A stretch of DNA of 64,000 nucleotides, taken from assembly GCA_951406725.2 (NCBI GenBank), contig OX597830.1:63922001-63986000 (forward strand), given 5' to 3'. A program made the translations under genes and the position numbers. This stretch comes from Octopus vulgaris. Taxonomy: Eukaryota. This document shows, piece by piece, positions 45,583 to 64,000 of the stretch (the first letter of the stretch is position 1; the number at the start of each line of letters is the position of its first letter). Below the pieces are notes generated by a model. It ran no database searches, had not been told where the DNA came from, and was given only the letters and a program-made list of their open reading frames with translations.

Positions 45583-46841
45583 CTCGCTTGTTGCTCAATG
45601 GGGTTTAAAATTTAAATTTACCAAATGTTTTTGCTCGTTAAATCTCAACAATGGACCACCGCATCATCATTGCATGAAATATGCTGAAGGGGAAGGAATA
45701 TTGGAAAATATCAAGGCATGTCATAGTGACAAAAAAACAAAGCAAAAAACATTGAAGGCACCAGGTGGTCGTGGGATGTACTAGAAACAACAGCTAAATC
45801 TCCCTTAAATCACACACGTTTTCGTCTGAAAATCACGTTTAAATTATAAACAGATATAAATTGCAGATTCGGATTGTCTGTATTTTAAAATTATGATTTT
45901 AAAAAATTTCGAAAAATGTCGAAATTTTAGGATTTATGGGTTGTGATGGGGTGGGAAGCTGGGGGTTAATGAAAAAATTTAAATGGTCTTGGTGGTCTGA
46001 ATCGTTTAGCTAAAGTATGAAAACCAGCAATCTCAGGCCCAAATAGTCTACTTGCGTTACGTTGAAGGTCTGGTCCCTAATTCCACTCAACAAGGTCATT
46101 CTAAAAGTAAACAATCACATCATGAAACCCCTTCAGTCATGAGTGACCATGGGATTGCACCTAGAAAGTTACCTTCCAAGGCACAAGTCCAGATATGGTT
46201 ATTTATGGAAGACCAGCAGTCTCCCATGCATGCCAGCCGCCCCTCTCCCCGCCACCGATGTTATCCAAGGAAAAGGCAAAGGGGCCGATACAGCTTGGCA
46301 CCTGTGACGTCGCAACTCATTTCTACAGCTGAGTGAACTGGAGCAACGTGAAATAAAGTGTCTTGCTCAAGAACACAGCACACAGCCCGGTCTGGGAATC
46401 GAACTAATTACCTCATGATTGTGAGTCCGATGCTCTAACCACTGAGCAAGAAAAAAAAAAAGACCAAAGTCGGTGTTTGAAGACTTCACAAAATTTCGAA
46501 TTTTTTTTTCTTTTCAATATAAAAATAGGCGTGTCACATAGTTTCTAGGTGCGCAAATTGGACGAAATTGGTCTAGAAAGGTAAGTTTGTACGTTGACTG
46601 CTGATTTCACTAAATGAAATTGGTAATAAATTAAGTTCTGTGTGTCTTTTCAACTAATTTAACATCCGTAAAAGCTTTGTTATGGATTTCTTTTGTCCGG
46701 AATCGGTGGTGTGGAATGGGACGGATAAATTACCTTTACAATTTGAAGTTCGTAAGTGTGGAAGTTGTAAAGGTAATTTATGGACAGCTTTCTGTCTAGT
46801 CAGTTGGAAAAGAAAGCTAAAAGAAATTGAATTTAGTTTAT

Positions 46842-47562
<721 letters not shown>

Positions 47563-48417
47563 TGCATGTTAATACATAGGAGTTAATAAATATGTTTGCG
47601 TATGTATGAGTTACACACACATATCAAAAGAATAATCTTTTCTACTCTAAGCATAAGGCCTGAAGGTTTTGGGGAGGGGACCAGTCGATTAGACCGACCC
47701 CCAGTACGCAACTGGTACTTAATTTATCGACCCCCAAAGGAGGAAACGCAAAGTCGATCTCGGCGGAATTTGAACGCAGAACGTAAAGACAGACGAAATA
47801 CTTATTTCTTTACTACCCACAAGGGGCTAAACACAGAGGGGACAAACAAGGACAGACAAAGGGATTAAGTCGATTACATCGACTCCAGTGCGTAACTGGT
47901 ACTTAATTTATCGACCCCGAAAGGATGAAAGGCAAAGTCGACCTCAGCGGAATTTGAACTCAGAACGTAGCGGCAGACGAAATACGGTTACGCATTTCGC
48001 CCGGCGTGCTAACGATTCTTATTTCTTTATTGACACGTGTGTCAATAGCCAGCTGGAGGAGGTGTCCTCCTGGGGCTACAAGCTACAGTAGCATCCACCC
48101 GTATGGGTTAGCCACATTTAAGTGGCAAATGTACTTCATGATGTCGTGCAGCTACTGTTCATACCTCCCTCAGAGATTTATTATTGCTCATATATATATA
48201 TATATATATATTGTCCGAGTCAGACGCCATGATAGATCGTTAGCCACTACACACATGTTTTTCTCTCCTTGTTTTCTATGTCCCTTTCTGTAGAAGAGCG
48301 TAGGCTCGAAACGTTAAACCCTCTTTCTTTCCTTCTTCCCTGAGCGTCCAATAATACTATATTTGTTCCACGTCCTCACGTTGTTGTGTTTTTTTTTTTG
48401 TGCTTTCTTGTTTGGAT

Positions 48418-48471
<54 letters not shown>

Positions 48472-48482
48472 CACACACACTC

Positions 48483-48518
<36 letters not shown>

Positions 48519-48528
48519 GCACGCACAC

Positions 48529-48559
<31 letters not shown>

Positions 48560-48776
48560 TGTGTCTACGTATGTGCGCATGGATATTTGTGATTCTCCCC
48601 ACCGCCACTTGGCGACTAGTGTTACTTGCTTATATTTCAAGGCAAAACGAAAACAATTAGCAAGAGCTTAAAAAGAAAATAAAGTAGTGAAGTCACTGCA
48701 TTCGGCAAAAAATTCTTCAAGGCCGTGCCCCAGCATGGGCGCGGCGCAGTCTAATGTATAAATAAAAGATATACAC

Positions 48777-48813
<37 letters not shown>

Positions 48814-49222
48814 ACCTGTTAGTCACATGCTGACGTAGGAATAAGAAACAGGGTTAATGGGGGAAGGTTATGCTGTGTGTGAGTAGGTGTTCTCATTTCG
48901 ATTTTCTTGGAATTCATTAGCGGCAGAAACTGCTAGAAATTCCAGGAATCGGCCAGAAATGTCATTTCTTGGAATCGGCAAACAATATATTTTCTCAGAA
49001 AAAGCCTCTTCCCCCCACAATCTCCATTTCTCTATTCTGACTGCTTATGCAAGTCGATCGTTCGCCGACATGAATTATCTGCTGCTGTTGAAATGAATAA
49101 AGCAGGCGTGCAATGTTTCCATTACCGTCAGCTGGCGTCTTCCCCGCTCTTTCTCTCTTCTTCTCTCTTTCTCTCGCTAAACATGATAGCTTTCCTGCAG
49201 GTGTAAAGTGCTGATACTACTG

Positions 49223-49292
<70 letters not shown>

Positions 49293-49506
49293 GATGTCTC
49301 ATATACTCTTTTACTCTTTTTACTTGTTTCAGTCGTTTGACTTGCGGCCATGCTGGAGCACCGCCTTTTAATCGAGCAACTCGACCCCCGGGACTTATTC
49401 TTTTTGTAAGCCCAGTACTTATTCTATCGGTCTCTTTTTGCCGAACCGCTAGGTGACGGGGACGTAAACACACCAGCACAATGCTAGGGGGACAAACACA
49501 GACGCA

Positions 49507-49589
<83 letters not shown>

Positions 49590-50013
49590 GACAGGCTTCT
49601 TTCAGTTTCCGTCTACCAAATCCACTCACAAGGCATTGGTCGGCCCGGGGCTATAGCAGAAGACACTTGCCCAAGGTGCCACGCAGTGGGACTGAACCCG
49701 GAACCATGTGGTTGGTTAGCAAGCTACTTACCACACAGTCACTCCTGCGCCTATCTCTGTTGATATTTAAAGGCGGCGAACTGGCAGAGTCGTTAGCATG
49801 CCGGGCGAAATGCGTAGCCGTATTTTCGTCTGCCGTTTCGTTCTAGGTTCAAATTCCGCCGAGGTCGACTTTGCCTTTCATCCTTTTGAGGTCGATGAAT
49901 TAAGTACCAGTTACGCACTGGAGTCGATGTAATCGACTTAATCCCTTTGTCTGTCCTTGTTTGTCCCCTCTGTGTTTAGCCCCTTGTGGGTAGTAAAGAA
50001 ATATATTTATGTA

Positions 50014-50233
50014 CAGGGCTGGCCAAAATTCAGCCGACAGTAAATCAAAATTCCATAAATACTACCTGTAATACTGTATTGACTCGAATGGAAAAATGTG
50101 TCACACAGGAAGGACTTCAGTTTGAACAATATTCATGATGTTTCATACTTAGATGCTTGTATTAAATTCATTCAGTTGTTGAACATATATAATTCTTGGA
50201 AATAAATGGTCAGGTAACTTTTGGCCGACCCTG
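50014..50233. mobile_element. Tc1/mariner-type MITE
   Basis: TA|cagggctggccaaaa ... ttttggccgaccctg imperfect TIRs. Confidence 0.6.
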
Positions 50234-50529
50234 TGTACACACACGTATATATATATATATATACGTATACTCACATAAATATTTATATACATATCCACAC
50301 ACACACACACACACACACGCATACACACACATGTCATGTGTATGTTAATAAGTGAAATGATATATTTAATTAATTCATTAATAGTTTGGTGTCATTAACT
50401 ACCGCCTATCTATTATTCATTTATTTATTTATTTTTGAACTTTCATTAGATCTGTTCCGCACTGGGTTTTCGGAATCTGGTCCTGAATTGTATGTCTCTG
50501 TTATACAATTTATCTACGTATTCCTATAC

Positions 50530-50653
50530 ATTGTATGCATGCATGTATGTATGCATGCATGCATGCATGCATGCATGTATGTATGTATGTATGTATGTAT
50601 GTATGTATGTATGTATGTATGTATGTATGTATGCTTGTATGTATGTATGTATG

Positions 50654-50687
<34 letters not shown>

Positions 50688-50872
50688 TGTATGTATGTAT
50701 GTATGTATGTATGTATGTATGTATGTATGTATGTATGTATGTATGCTTGTATGTATGTATGCATGTATGTAACTGTTATGTATGTATGTATGTATGTATG
50801 TATGTATGTATGTATGTATGTATGTATGTATGTATGCATGTATGTATGTATGTATGCATGTATGTATGTATG

Positions 50873-50906
<34 letters not shown>

Positions 50907-51084
50907 TGTATGTATGTATGTATGCATGTATGTAACTGTTATGTATGTATGTATGTATGTATGTATGTATTATGTATGTATGTATGTATGCATGTATGTA
51001 TGTATGTATGCATGTATGTATGTATGCATGTATGTATGTATGTATGTATGTATGTCATTATTCAGTTTTATTTCAATATTTCTT

Positions 51085-51149
<65 letters not shown>

Positions 51150-51485
51150 GGTTTCTAACCTAGATCCAAGATTCCTTCATTGGAAGTTCAACATCAACAA
51201 CAATGTATTTTTGTATGTATGTATATGTATAGATTTATGTTTTACTTTATGTATGTATGTATGTATGTATGTATGTATGTATGTATGTATGTATGTATGT
51301 ATGTATGTATGTATGTATGTATGTATGTATGCACGTATGCATGCACGTATGTATGTATATATGCATGCACGTATGTATGTATGTATGTATGTATGTATGT
51401 ATGTATGTATGTATGTATGTATGCATGCACGTATGATTGTATGTATGTATGTATGTATGCGCGTACATAGATACATGTATGTATC
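50530..51485. repeat. (TATG)n and (GA)n microsatellite field
   Basis: Directly visible. Confidence 0.95.
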
Positions 51486-51576
51486 TATATTCCAGGTATG
51501 ACTTTAAACTGCATCCGGGTTCTGATTTGGGTGTTCCGGGGATTTGAGGAGTGTGGTCCCATTCCTTAGCTACTAT

Positions 51577-52724
51577 TGTTACCAGGTTTACCTCTGATCT
51601 AGAATAGTAGCATCTGTCATGGTGCCAGCTATGGGCTAATCAGCATATTAGGTCATGCCTATTTAGGCATGTGAAGACAGCAGTTTAGACATGTGTGACA
51701 GCAGTTTATATTGTCCAGATGCCGTAGCTAGGCCGAAATAATGTCTTCACCATTTGACCCTTCTAACTTCTCCTAGACCACCAAAAGCAAGAATTAAAAT
51801 AACAAGACCACCAACGAAATCCATTGTTCTCAACGATATGTCTATCCTTCTGGATAGTTATAAAAAACAAGAACCTCCAAGCAAAAATCAGTTAGTCACT
51901 TGGTGACAACTCAGCTAGTGAGAACGGAGTCTAGCTGACAGGCTGAACAAAACACCGTCTCTAAAGAAAAGGGCACAAAAATGACAACAATGGTAACTCA
52001 CCAACGAAGCAATTGCTTCGTCCCACACTCTCTCACTCTCACTAGCTCACTTTAATTTTTCTCACAACATCACTCTATCTCCATCTGTAATTACTACTAC
52101 ACAATGACGAGAACATAAACGAGGCACGTGGCTTAGTGGTTAGGGTGTCAGTATCATGATCGTAAGATTGTGGTTTCGATTCCTGGACCGGGCGACGCGT
52201 TGTGTTCTTGAGCAAAACACTTCATTTCACGTTGCTCCAGTCCACTCAGCTGGCAAAAATGAGTAACGCTGCGATGGACTGGCGTCCTGTCCAGCTGGGG
52301 AACACATACGCCATAGAAACCGGGAAACCGGGCCCATGAGCCTGGCTAGGCGTTAAGGGGGCGTATTTATTAATTTTTATTATACATGGAAAATATACGG
52401 CATCTATCTTTACTTCGTATGCACTTAACTAAAGTACTACATGATAAGACTTCCCCTGTTTCATTATCAATGGTCTGCTAGAGGTCGACCCCCTTAGTTG
52501 TTAGCTAACATCTTGTTTTAAGTTTTCCTTTACCAAACCTCATGATATTACTTCTAATAAATCTTGTTTTTTATTACTATACCAACTATGATTTCTGTCT
52601 GCTCCCTCAGCCCTACTCCTAACAGATACTGCACTTTATTCTCTCAGCCTTAGATATTCAAGGATTTGATAAACTAGTCTGTAAATTAAAACTGGTCCCA
52701 TAAAAACAAATAAAATTAGTAACA
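51577..52724 (+). mobile_element. Putative solo LTR related to 41119-41865, interrupted by a family-E SINE
   Basis: tgttac...gtaaca ends and an internal block homologous to the 41-kb element; no TSD seen. Confidence 0.4.
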
Positions 52725-53115
52725 TGCAGAATCTTCTTGATAATTTAGTAACTTCTATGCTGAAGTAGAGACAACATGTTCTTTGTCTATCTCCTTAACT
52801 CCTTGGAGATTTTAGGTATAATTATACTAATGTGTCCAGTTCTAATTTAATTAAATTCTACGTCTTTGTGCAGCTGAGGATTGCTCTGCATTTTAAAGTG
52901 ATGCAATGATTGCATTGTTCAATTAAATGAAGTTGCATGAAACGATCGTACTGCATTACCTCTGGATATCCTTGTTGCTTATTTTGATTTTAATCACCTT
53001 ACTTTGAAATTGTATAGGTAATACCGTACTAAATTCTGGTGCCTCAACTTAAGCACCATATTCACCTGAATCAAAATTTTTGCTGAACTCATCTACCATA
53101 CCCAGTATATATATT

Positions 53116-53996
53116 CGAGGGGCTACCTAAATGTAACCGGAAACGTTCTCTGAGGGACAAACCCATTGTAGTTCAGGCTTATGCCTCTCGAAGCCACTTG
53201 ATGCAACCCTCAGGCATCAGTCTGCCGACCGGCGTCGTCCAATGGAGTTGTACTGCCACATGGTACGTCTTTCTTTTGCAGTACTTATCCCTTATTCGTA
53301 GATTTTTGCAATGGCTGAAATGAAGGAACAGCGTGCTTCCGTGAAATTCTGTTTCGTGTTGGGGAAAACGGCCGCCAAAACAGCCATCATGCTTCAAAAA
53401 GCTTACGAGGACGCTGCCATGAGCAAAACACAAGTTTCTGAGTGGTTTCTACTCTTTAGGAATGGTCACTTGTCGCTTGAACACCAGCCTCATTCAGGGC
53501 AACCGTCGATCTCCTGAAAATATCATGAAAATTCATGAACTGATCTTCTCCGAACAGTTGACAAACTTGTTGATATGACAAGTGTGTCCTGGAGCTTCTA
53601 CCAACGATTTTTGAACGAGGAATTGCGAATGAAAAGAGTCGGAGCAATATTTGTGCCTCGCTTGCTCACGGAAGATCAAAAGCAGTCACGACTGAGTGCG
53701 TGTCGTGAACTGAAAGAACAATTGGAAGTTGATCCAAGTCTGTTTTCGAAGGTCATCACAGGTGACGAAAGCTGGTGCTATGGAATTTGAAGATGTGGGA
53801 GAGGTGAAGAAAAAAAGGCATTAAAAGGCATCACTTCGCAAGAGTTCCAGGACTGCTTCAAACAGTGGAAAACGCGTCCGAACCGATGCATTGCTTCAAA
53901 TGGAAAATACTTTGAAAGCGATAAAAGTCTAAACACGTAAAACTAACTGTATAAAATAATATTGCAACATTCAAGCTTCTTTTGGGTACCCCGTCG
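53116..53996 (+). mobile_element. Decayed, internally deleted mariner transposon
   Basis: EQRASVKFCFVLGKTAAKT..MLQKAY...SKTQVSEWF...SGQPS (HTH region), FVPRLLTEDQK, VITGDESWCYG; imperfect TIRs cgaggggctacctaaa / tttgggtaccccgtcg. Confidence 0.9.
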
Positions 53997-56900
53997 TATA
54001 CGAAGGGATTCTGCACAAATTCCATCAGGCAAATTCACTCACAAGACACTGCTCAAGCAGGGGTACAGTAGCAGACACTTGTCTGTTGTGCCGCGCTGTG
54101 GGACTGAACTCGAACCCCAAGTGGTTTCAAAGTGAACTTCTCAACAACAGCCATTTTTGAAAATTAATTTGAAGGCGAGGATTTATAGTAAAACTGTCGG
54201 ATCATTACGAAAAGTGCGGCTTCCGGTATAACAGGAAAGAGGTCACATTGAAAGCACATCGGAACCACGAGGAAATTCGGTGACATTCACTCAATTTAAT
54301 CATCATTTTATATAAGTGACTACTGAGCTTAATTATAATTAAACTAATTACAGTTTTGTGGCGTATTTTGTAGACGTAACATAACACACTTTAAAATTTC
54401 TGTAGTCATTTGGGGATTCTGTTACGAAGTTTTGGCTGGAAAAATATTTTAGGAGCCAATAACGGAGCCTATGGTTGATTAAAATGACTTAATTACTGCT
54501 TTATTATATATTTTGTAAACAATTAAAAGCCACGCTCTCGAATTTTTGTTGACATTCGGGAATATCTTTGCGATGTTTTGTGAAAATAATGCTTTATGAG
54601 GCAATGAAGGAGCCAGTGATTACTAGGACTAATTAGGCTATCTTAATTATTGTTTTATGGTACACACACATGCGCACAAGCGTGCACAGACATGCACATA
54701 CGGATACTCTCTCACGCACTAACTCGTCAGGGCTGTTTTAGCATTATAATAGGTTTCTCCATAACTGGCACTCTGTTGGTTACGGCGATGAGGGTTCTAA
54801 TTGATCCGTTGGTCCCAGGGTTCCAGTCTGCTCGTGAAATGAACGGGCAAATGGTTAAGCACTCCACAGACAGACGTATCCTTAACGTAGTTCTGTGGGA
54901 GATACAGCGTGACACAATAAATGTGACAAGACTGGCCCTTTGATATTACAGGTACTATTCATTTTTACTAGCCGAGTGGACATGAAACAAAGTGTGCTGG
55001 TCAAGGATAGAATACGTAGCCAGGAATCGAACTCAGTTTCTGACGATCGTGAGCCGAATACCTTAACCACTAAGCCATGCGCACTACATCCTATTATATG
55101 TATTTATTGGCAGGAAGCCACAGCATACATAGATTGGAATTAGGATCCCAAGGGCAGTGAGGCCCACGGGCAGCTGTAAATGTACCCACCCCTTAGAACG
55201 GCACCATTTTCCAGCAGGCGTGGCTGTGTGGTAAAAAGATTGTTTCCCAGTCACGTGGTTCCGGGTTCAGTCCCACTGCATGGCACCTGGTGCAAGTGTC
55301 TTTTACTATAGCCTCGGGACGACCAAAGCCTTTTGAGTGGATTTGGTAGACGGAAACTGAAAGAAGCCTGTCCTGTGTGTGTGTATGTGTGTTTGTCCCC
55401 GCACCATCGCTTGACAACCGATGTTGTTGTGTTTACGATCCCGTAAATTAGCGGTTCAGCAAAACAGACCGATAAAAAATGTCTTTGGTTTACAAAGAAT
55501 ACGTCCTGGGATCGATTTGTTTGACTAAAACCCCTTATGGTGGTGCTCTAGCATGGCCACACTCAAATGACTGCTACAAGTAAAAAAGAATAAATGACTA
55601 AAGAAAGGAACATCCTTGTCTAATTTAAAACGGCAAGGTGTAATTTGAGGAAAATTTAGTTGCTATATCTAGCATACCGTGCGCTCGCACCGAAGCCTTG
55701 CATCATTGGCTAGAAACTAACTTTGGTGTTATCGTGAAGAAAAGCATCCCAGTAATGACCAGCCCGTTGCTTGTACATTAGGAACAATAATATTCAATAC
55801 TACGTTTCAAGATAACGTTATTCAATATAAGACGAGGAACGATATTATTCAATATAATGTATGCAAGAGTGTTGGCTGCTATTTTCAGCAAGTTAGGTAA
55901 TAATGTATTAGCAGCTTACACAAGCTGAGAAAATAAACATTTCTCTCTCCCACTCCATGTTCTTCTTCTTCTCCCACCATCTCTTGTTTTGTTTTTCGTT
56001 TCATTTTCTATATCTTGTCATCAGAGCTGGTGGTTGGACTAACAAGATAGTCACCTTTAGAAAACAGGTGAGCCTCACCCTGTGTGGTCATTCTCTTTCA
56101 AATAGTGATTAGGATTTTCTTTTATTCTTTTATTTGTTTCAGTCATTTGATTGCGGCCATGCAGAAGCACCGCCTTCAGTCAAACAAATCGAACCCTGGA
56201 CTTATTCTTTGTGAGCCTAGTACTTATTCTATCGGTTCCTTTTGCTGAACCGCTAAGTTACGGGATCGTAAACACACCAACATCGGTTGTCAAGCGATGG
56301 TGCGGGGATAAACAGACAGACACACAGACACACACACACATACACATACATACATACATACATACATACATACATGCACACACACACACACACATACACA
56401 CACACGACGGGCTTCTTTGAGTTTCTGTTTACCAAATCCACTCAGAAGGCTTTGGTCGGACCAAGGCTATAGTAGACGCTTGCCCAAGGTGCCCCGCAGT
56501 GGGACTGAACCCGGAACCATGTGGTTGGGGAGCAAGCTACTCACCACACAGCCACGCCTGCGCCTTCTAGATCATACTTTGCTTTCTCTCCATGTCTTGC
56601 TCTCCTTATCACTTTCCTTTCTCTCTCATTCCTATTCTTGAATCCTTTGTTGCTATTCTCATTATTTTATACTTTTTTCTCATATTCTCTTCTCACAGAC
56701 GCTGCAGCGGTCACACGTTCTATTCTGCTGAGACCCTCTTCGGTCACGGTACAGACCATGAGATTGCACCTAAAATGTTACCCCCCCCCTCCCAGGCACA
56801 AGTCCGGGTAAGGTTGTTTATGGAAGACCAACAGTCGCCCATGCATACCGGCCTCCCGTCTCCACGCCACCAGTATTATCCAAGGGGAAGGCAAAGGGAC

Positions 56901-58153
56901 CGATACAGCTTGGCACCTGTGACGTCGCAACTCATTTCTACAGCTGAGTGAACTGGAGCAACGTGAAATAAAGAATACAACACGCAGCCCGGTCCGGGAT
57001 TCGAACTCACAACCTCGCGATCGTAAGCTCGACGCTCTAACCACAGAGCCATGCGTCTTCACACGTTCTATTTTACTGCCTCTATAACGAAGTGGTATTG
57101 TTACAAAAGCCATTGCGCTAGCATATTCTGTATTTGTTTCCTTACTAAGCAGAAAAAATTCATACCTTTAAAGTTTATATGTAATAATTTGTATTTGGTT
57201 GCATTTGTCTCCATTTTGTTTGAATACCGCTGATCCCCAAGTTTTACGTCGTTAGAGTTTGTATTTAGCTGTCCTATACTCTAGTGATGTTCATTATCAC
57301 TGGAACTATTTTATAGAATGATGCGCATGCAATTCTTTTTAAGTGATGAAACTGCTATGATTCTGGCTAACGCAGCTGATGAGGAGTTTCCCACGACTGT
57401 TTCTGTTCTTTTCATTACTTGTTTTCTAAATCGCCCCATTTCATATACATATATAAGCATTTGTTTGGTCTAAGTCAGTATATACCTCTTTTATTTGTAA
57501 ACTTAACAATACTTAAGGCGGTGCCCCAGCATGGCCACAGTCAAATGACTGAAATAAGTAAAAGAATATTGAACAGTGTCAAAGACATTTTACATGTTGG
57601 ATACCTGTGTTGTTGTCTAATTACTTTCGTCTTGAACATTTGATTCAAGATACATTGCAGTCAATATATATATATATATATACTATACTTATGCTTATAT
57701 ATGGGTACAGGACAACAGTAAACAAAATGAAATACGAAAACAAATCAGTTAAATGCACAAATAACGAGAGAGAGAAGGACAAGTAATACAAAAACAACCC
57801 TTCATCAGATGTCGGCTGTCTATCTACTCCACATTTCGAGCAATCAACGATAATCTGAGTCTCCAAAGACAGTTGCTCCCATTAATACCAAATAGGTGTA
57901 GGACATAAAGTTCTTTATTTTTTTATTTTTTTTAGTGGGACATGGAACTGTGAAAGCCCTTTTTTTTTTTCGTCACAGCAAACATACTACTCCTGTACAT
58001 TTTTTTCACTACCGGTGGCGCATGGGTGAAAAAGGGTCGGAAAACACTGCTCTAGTTTAATCCGCTGTAAATTAGTCCCAGTTCTGCTGCATACCCCACC
58101 CCTCTCTCTCTTTCTTCCTATATATCATCACATCCTGTCCGTGTCTCTTTCTA

Positions 58154-58682
58154 TTGGGTTGTCCGGAAAGTTCGTGCCGATTTATAGTAGCTTAACTTTC
58201 GACTTATTTTAGAACATGGTTGAGTTCATAAAATAGGATTTGACTACACTTCGATTTAGAGCACAGTTTTATGTTCCTATAACCTGTGTTAATTCTGTAA
58301 CCCTTTAAAATAGAAGATAAGAAAGTACATTTTCGGCACTTGATGCTTTGGGAACCAGACAAAAATTGCTGCAGCTCGGCTGAGATGTATTACCCCACCC
58401 TCCATATTACTCCTTCGGATTTCCACTTATTCAGATCTCTGCAGAATAGTCTTAATGGTAAAAATTTCAATTCCTTGGATGACGTAAAAAGATACCTTGA
58501 TGAATTCTTTGCCATGAAACCACCTCAATTTTGGGAAGAGGTTATTTTCAAGTTAAAGGAAAGATGGAGACTCATTGTGCAACAAAATGGTTCATATTTG
58601 GTTGATTAAAAATGTAATGGCAAGTATTTATTGACCTTTTTCTTTCCTTTAAAAATCGGCACGAACTTTCCGGACAACTCAA
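58154..58682 (+). mobile_element. Internally deleted mariner element
   Basis: TA TSDs; TIRs ttgggttgtccggaaagttcgtgccgattt / aaatcggcacgaactttccggacaactcaa; ITPSDFHLFRSLQNSL...KLKERW..IVQQNGSY. Confidence 0.93.
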
Positions 58683-59069
58683 TACTTACGACAGTATAAG
58701 GACCTAAAACAATTACTCGCTCGCAGATGACAGCTGTCTCTACTTTTACGTACCCACACTTACGCGTGCGCGCACGCACACACACAATACACACACACAC
58801 ACAATACACACACACACACACAATACACACACACACAAGTAGGCATTCATATATATATATATTCTTTTATTCAATTACTCGTTTCAGTCATTTGACTGCG
58901 GCCATGCTGGAGCACCGCTTTTAGTCGAGCAAATCGACCCCAGGACTTATACTTTGTAAGCCTAGTACTTATTCTATCGTTCTCTTTTGCCGAACCGCTA
59001 AGTTACGAGGACGTAAACACCCGCATCGGTTGTCAAGCGATGGTTGGGGAGACAAACGCAGACACACGA

Positions 59070-59305
59070 GCATACATACATACATACATACATACATACA
59101 TACATACATACATACATACATACATACATACATGCATGCATGCATGCATGCATACATATATACATACATACATACATACATACATACATACATAACATAC
59201 ATACATACATACATAACATACATACATACATACATAACATACATACATACATACATACATGCATACACGCATGCATGCATACACACATACATGCATACAT
59301 ACATG

Positions 59306-59337
<32 letters not shown>

Positions 59338-59540
59338 CATACATGCATACATACATACATACATACATACATGCATGCATACACACATACATACATACAT
59401 ACATGCATACACGCATGCATGCATACATACATACATACATACATACATACATACATGCATACATACATACATGCATACACACATACATGCATACATACAT
59501 ACATACATACATGCACACATACATACATAAATATATATAT
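59070..59540. repeat. (CATA)n expansion inside a family-B SINE
   Basis: SINE halves flank the ~470-bp microsatellite. Confidence 0.9.
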
Positions 59541-59838
59541 AGGACGGGCTTCTTTCAGTTTCCGTCATCCAAATCCACTCAGAAGACATTGGTCGGCCCC
59601 AGGCTATAGTAGAAGACACTTACCCAAGATGTCACGCAGTGGGACTGAACCCGGAACCATGTGGTTCGTAAGCAAGCCTCTTACCACACGGCAACTCGTA
59701 CGCCTATATAAGCATACGTATATGTATGCATGTATGTATATTTTCATATATTTGTACATGCATGTGTATATATCTGTATGTTTGTGTGTGTACGTGCATT
59801 TATGTATGTATATATACATATGTATGTATATACACGTG

Positions 59839-59910
<72 letters not shown>

Positions 59911-60934
59911 CATATGTCTGTCTCAAGCGAATTCTTTGAATTTAATTTGCATATATGTAACATTTTTATAATTTCATTAACTGCGTGGCACCTTAGGCAA
60001 GTATCTTCTGCTATAGCCACGGGCCGACCAAAGCCTTGTGAGTGGATTTGGTAGACGGAAACTGAAAGAAGCCCGTCGTATATATGTATATATATGTGTA
60101 TTTGTGTGTCTGTGTTTGTCCCCCTAGCATTGCTTGACAACCGATGCTGGTGTGTTTATGTCCCCGTTACTTAGCGGTTCGGCAAAAGAGACCGATAGAA
60201 TAAGTAGTGGGCTTACAAAAAAAGAATAAGTCCCGGGGTCGAGTTGCTCGATTGAAGGCGGTGCTGCAGCATGGCCGCAGTCAAATGACTGAAACAAGTG
60301 GTCCCGGCACTTACAATAAATGAATAAAATAAAAATGAAAATAAATAAATAAAACTTTTCACTCTCCGTTTCATCTAGAAAGCTCGTCCCGAAACCCGAA
60401 AAACCCCTGGAAAAGGGGGCGGAGACAAATAATTTATGCAGCATATATTAAACACTTCCTCCAACTGCCTTTCTTCTACTACTTCTCCTACTCCCCCTCT
60501 TGCCCTCCTTCTTTCTCACTAAAACTAACAGATTTTCTTGGAATTTTTCAGAAATGAAACTAAAAAGCAATGTTTCACGGAAATTCATAAATTTACTGTT
60601 CATTTATAATATAAAAGTATCCGTACAACATCACATTCATGATTGTAAGTCGTAATTATGACGAACTCGGAAAAAATGACTGCGGATGAGTCGGAACCTT
60701 CTTCTGAAATGATAACCAGCAAGGTATATATGTATTGTATATTATTTCTCTTTGCTATCTGCGCTGTTCAATTCCTTTCTTTCGGAGTTTGTTTGGAATT
60801 ATATTTATATTATAGGGATTCTTGCTTTTGTTCTTTGATTTCTAAGCGGTGGGGGTTTGAATTAAGGCATTTTTCTCTTCTCTCTATCTCTCATTTAATT
60901 TGTTTTCGTCTGTTCTTTTTATGATACAATAGGG

Positions 60935-64000
<3,066 letters not shown>

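Noticed and set aside
50761-50945. Repeated variant gcatgtatgtaactgtt inside (TATG)n; similar duplication at 38640-38720
   Set aside because: Ordinary slippage or unequal-crossover duplication within microsatellites

Overview
Eukaryotic, AT-rich, repeat-saturated DNA, very probably an Octopus genome (inferred from the tRNA-derived SINE families, RTE/CR1 LINE debris and very large TA/CA/TATG microsatellites). The only clearly recognisable host genes form an intronless tubulin-folding cofactor E (TBCE) cluster. It has a 492-aa CAP-Gly/LRR/ubiquitin-like gene (+, 21870-23348) and, facing it tail-to-tail, a 914-aa gene with two CAP-Gly-LRR units and one UBL (-, 34484-37228). A third copy survives only as a 3' remnant (-, ~39630-39830). 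The copies show patchwise gene conversion that skips two variable patches, a 19-bp homology that explains the fusion junction, and CpG decay concentrated in the downstream unit. A Mutator-like CpG-rich MITE lies directly upstream of the monomeric gene. Other notable items: a duplicated candidate exon encoding a bipartite-NLS peptide (-, 15005-15210 and 16246-16368), minimal hammerhead-ribozyme-like motifs (one in a tRNA-headed SINE), locally templated insertions, long hairpins and a SINE-array palindrome. Most listed ORFs are microsatellite or SINE artefacts. Identity values are by-eye estimates, and most repeat boundaries are approximate.
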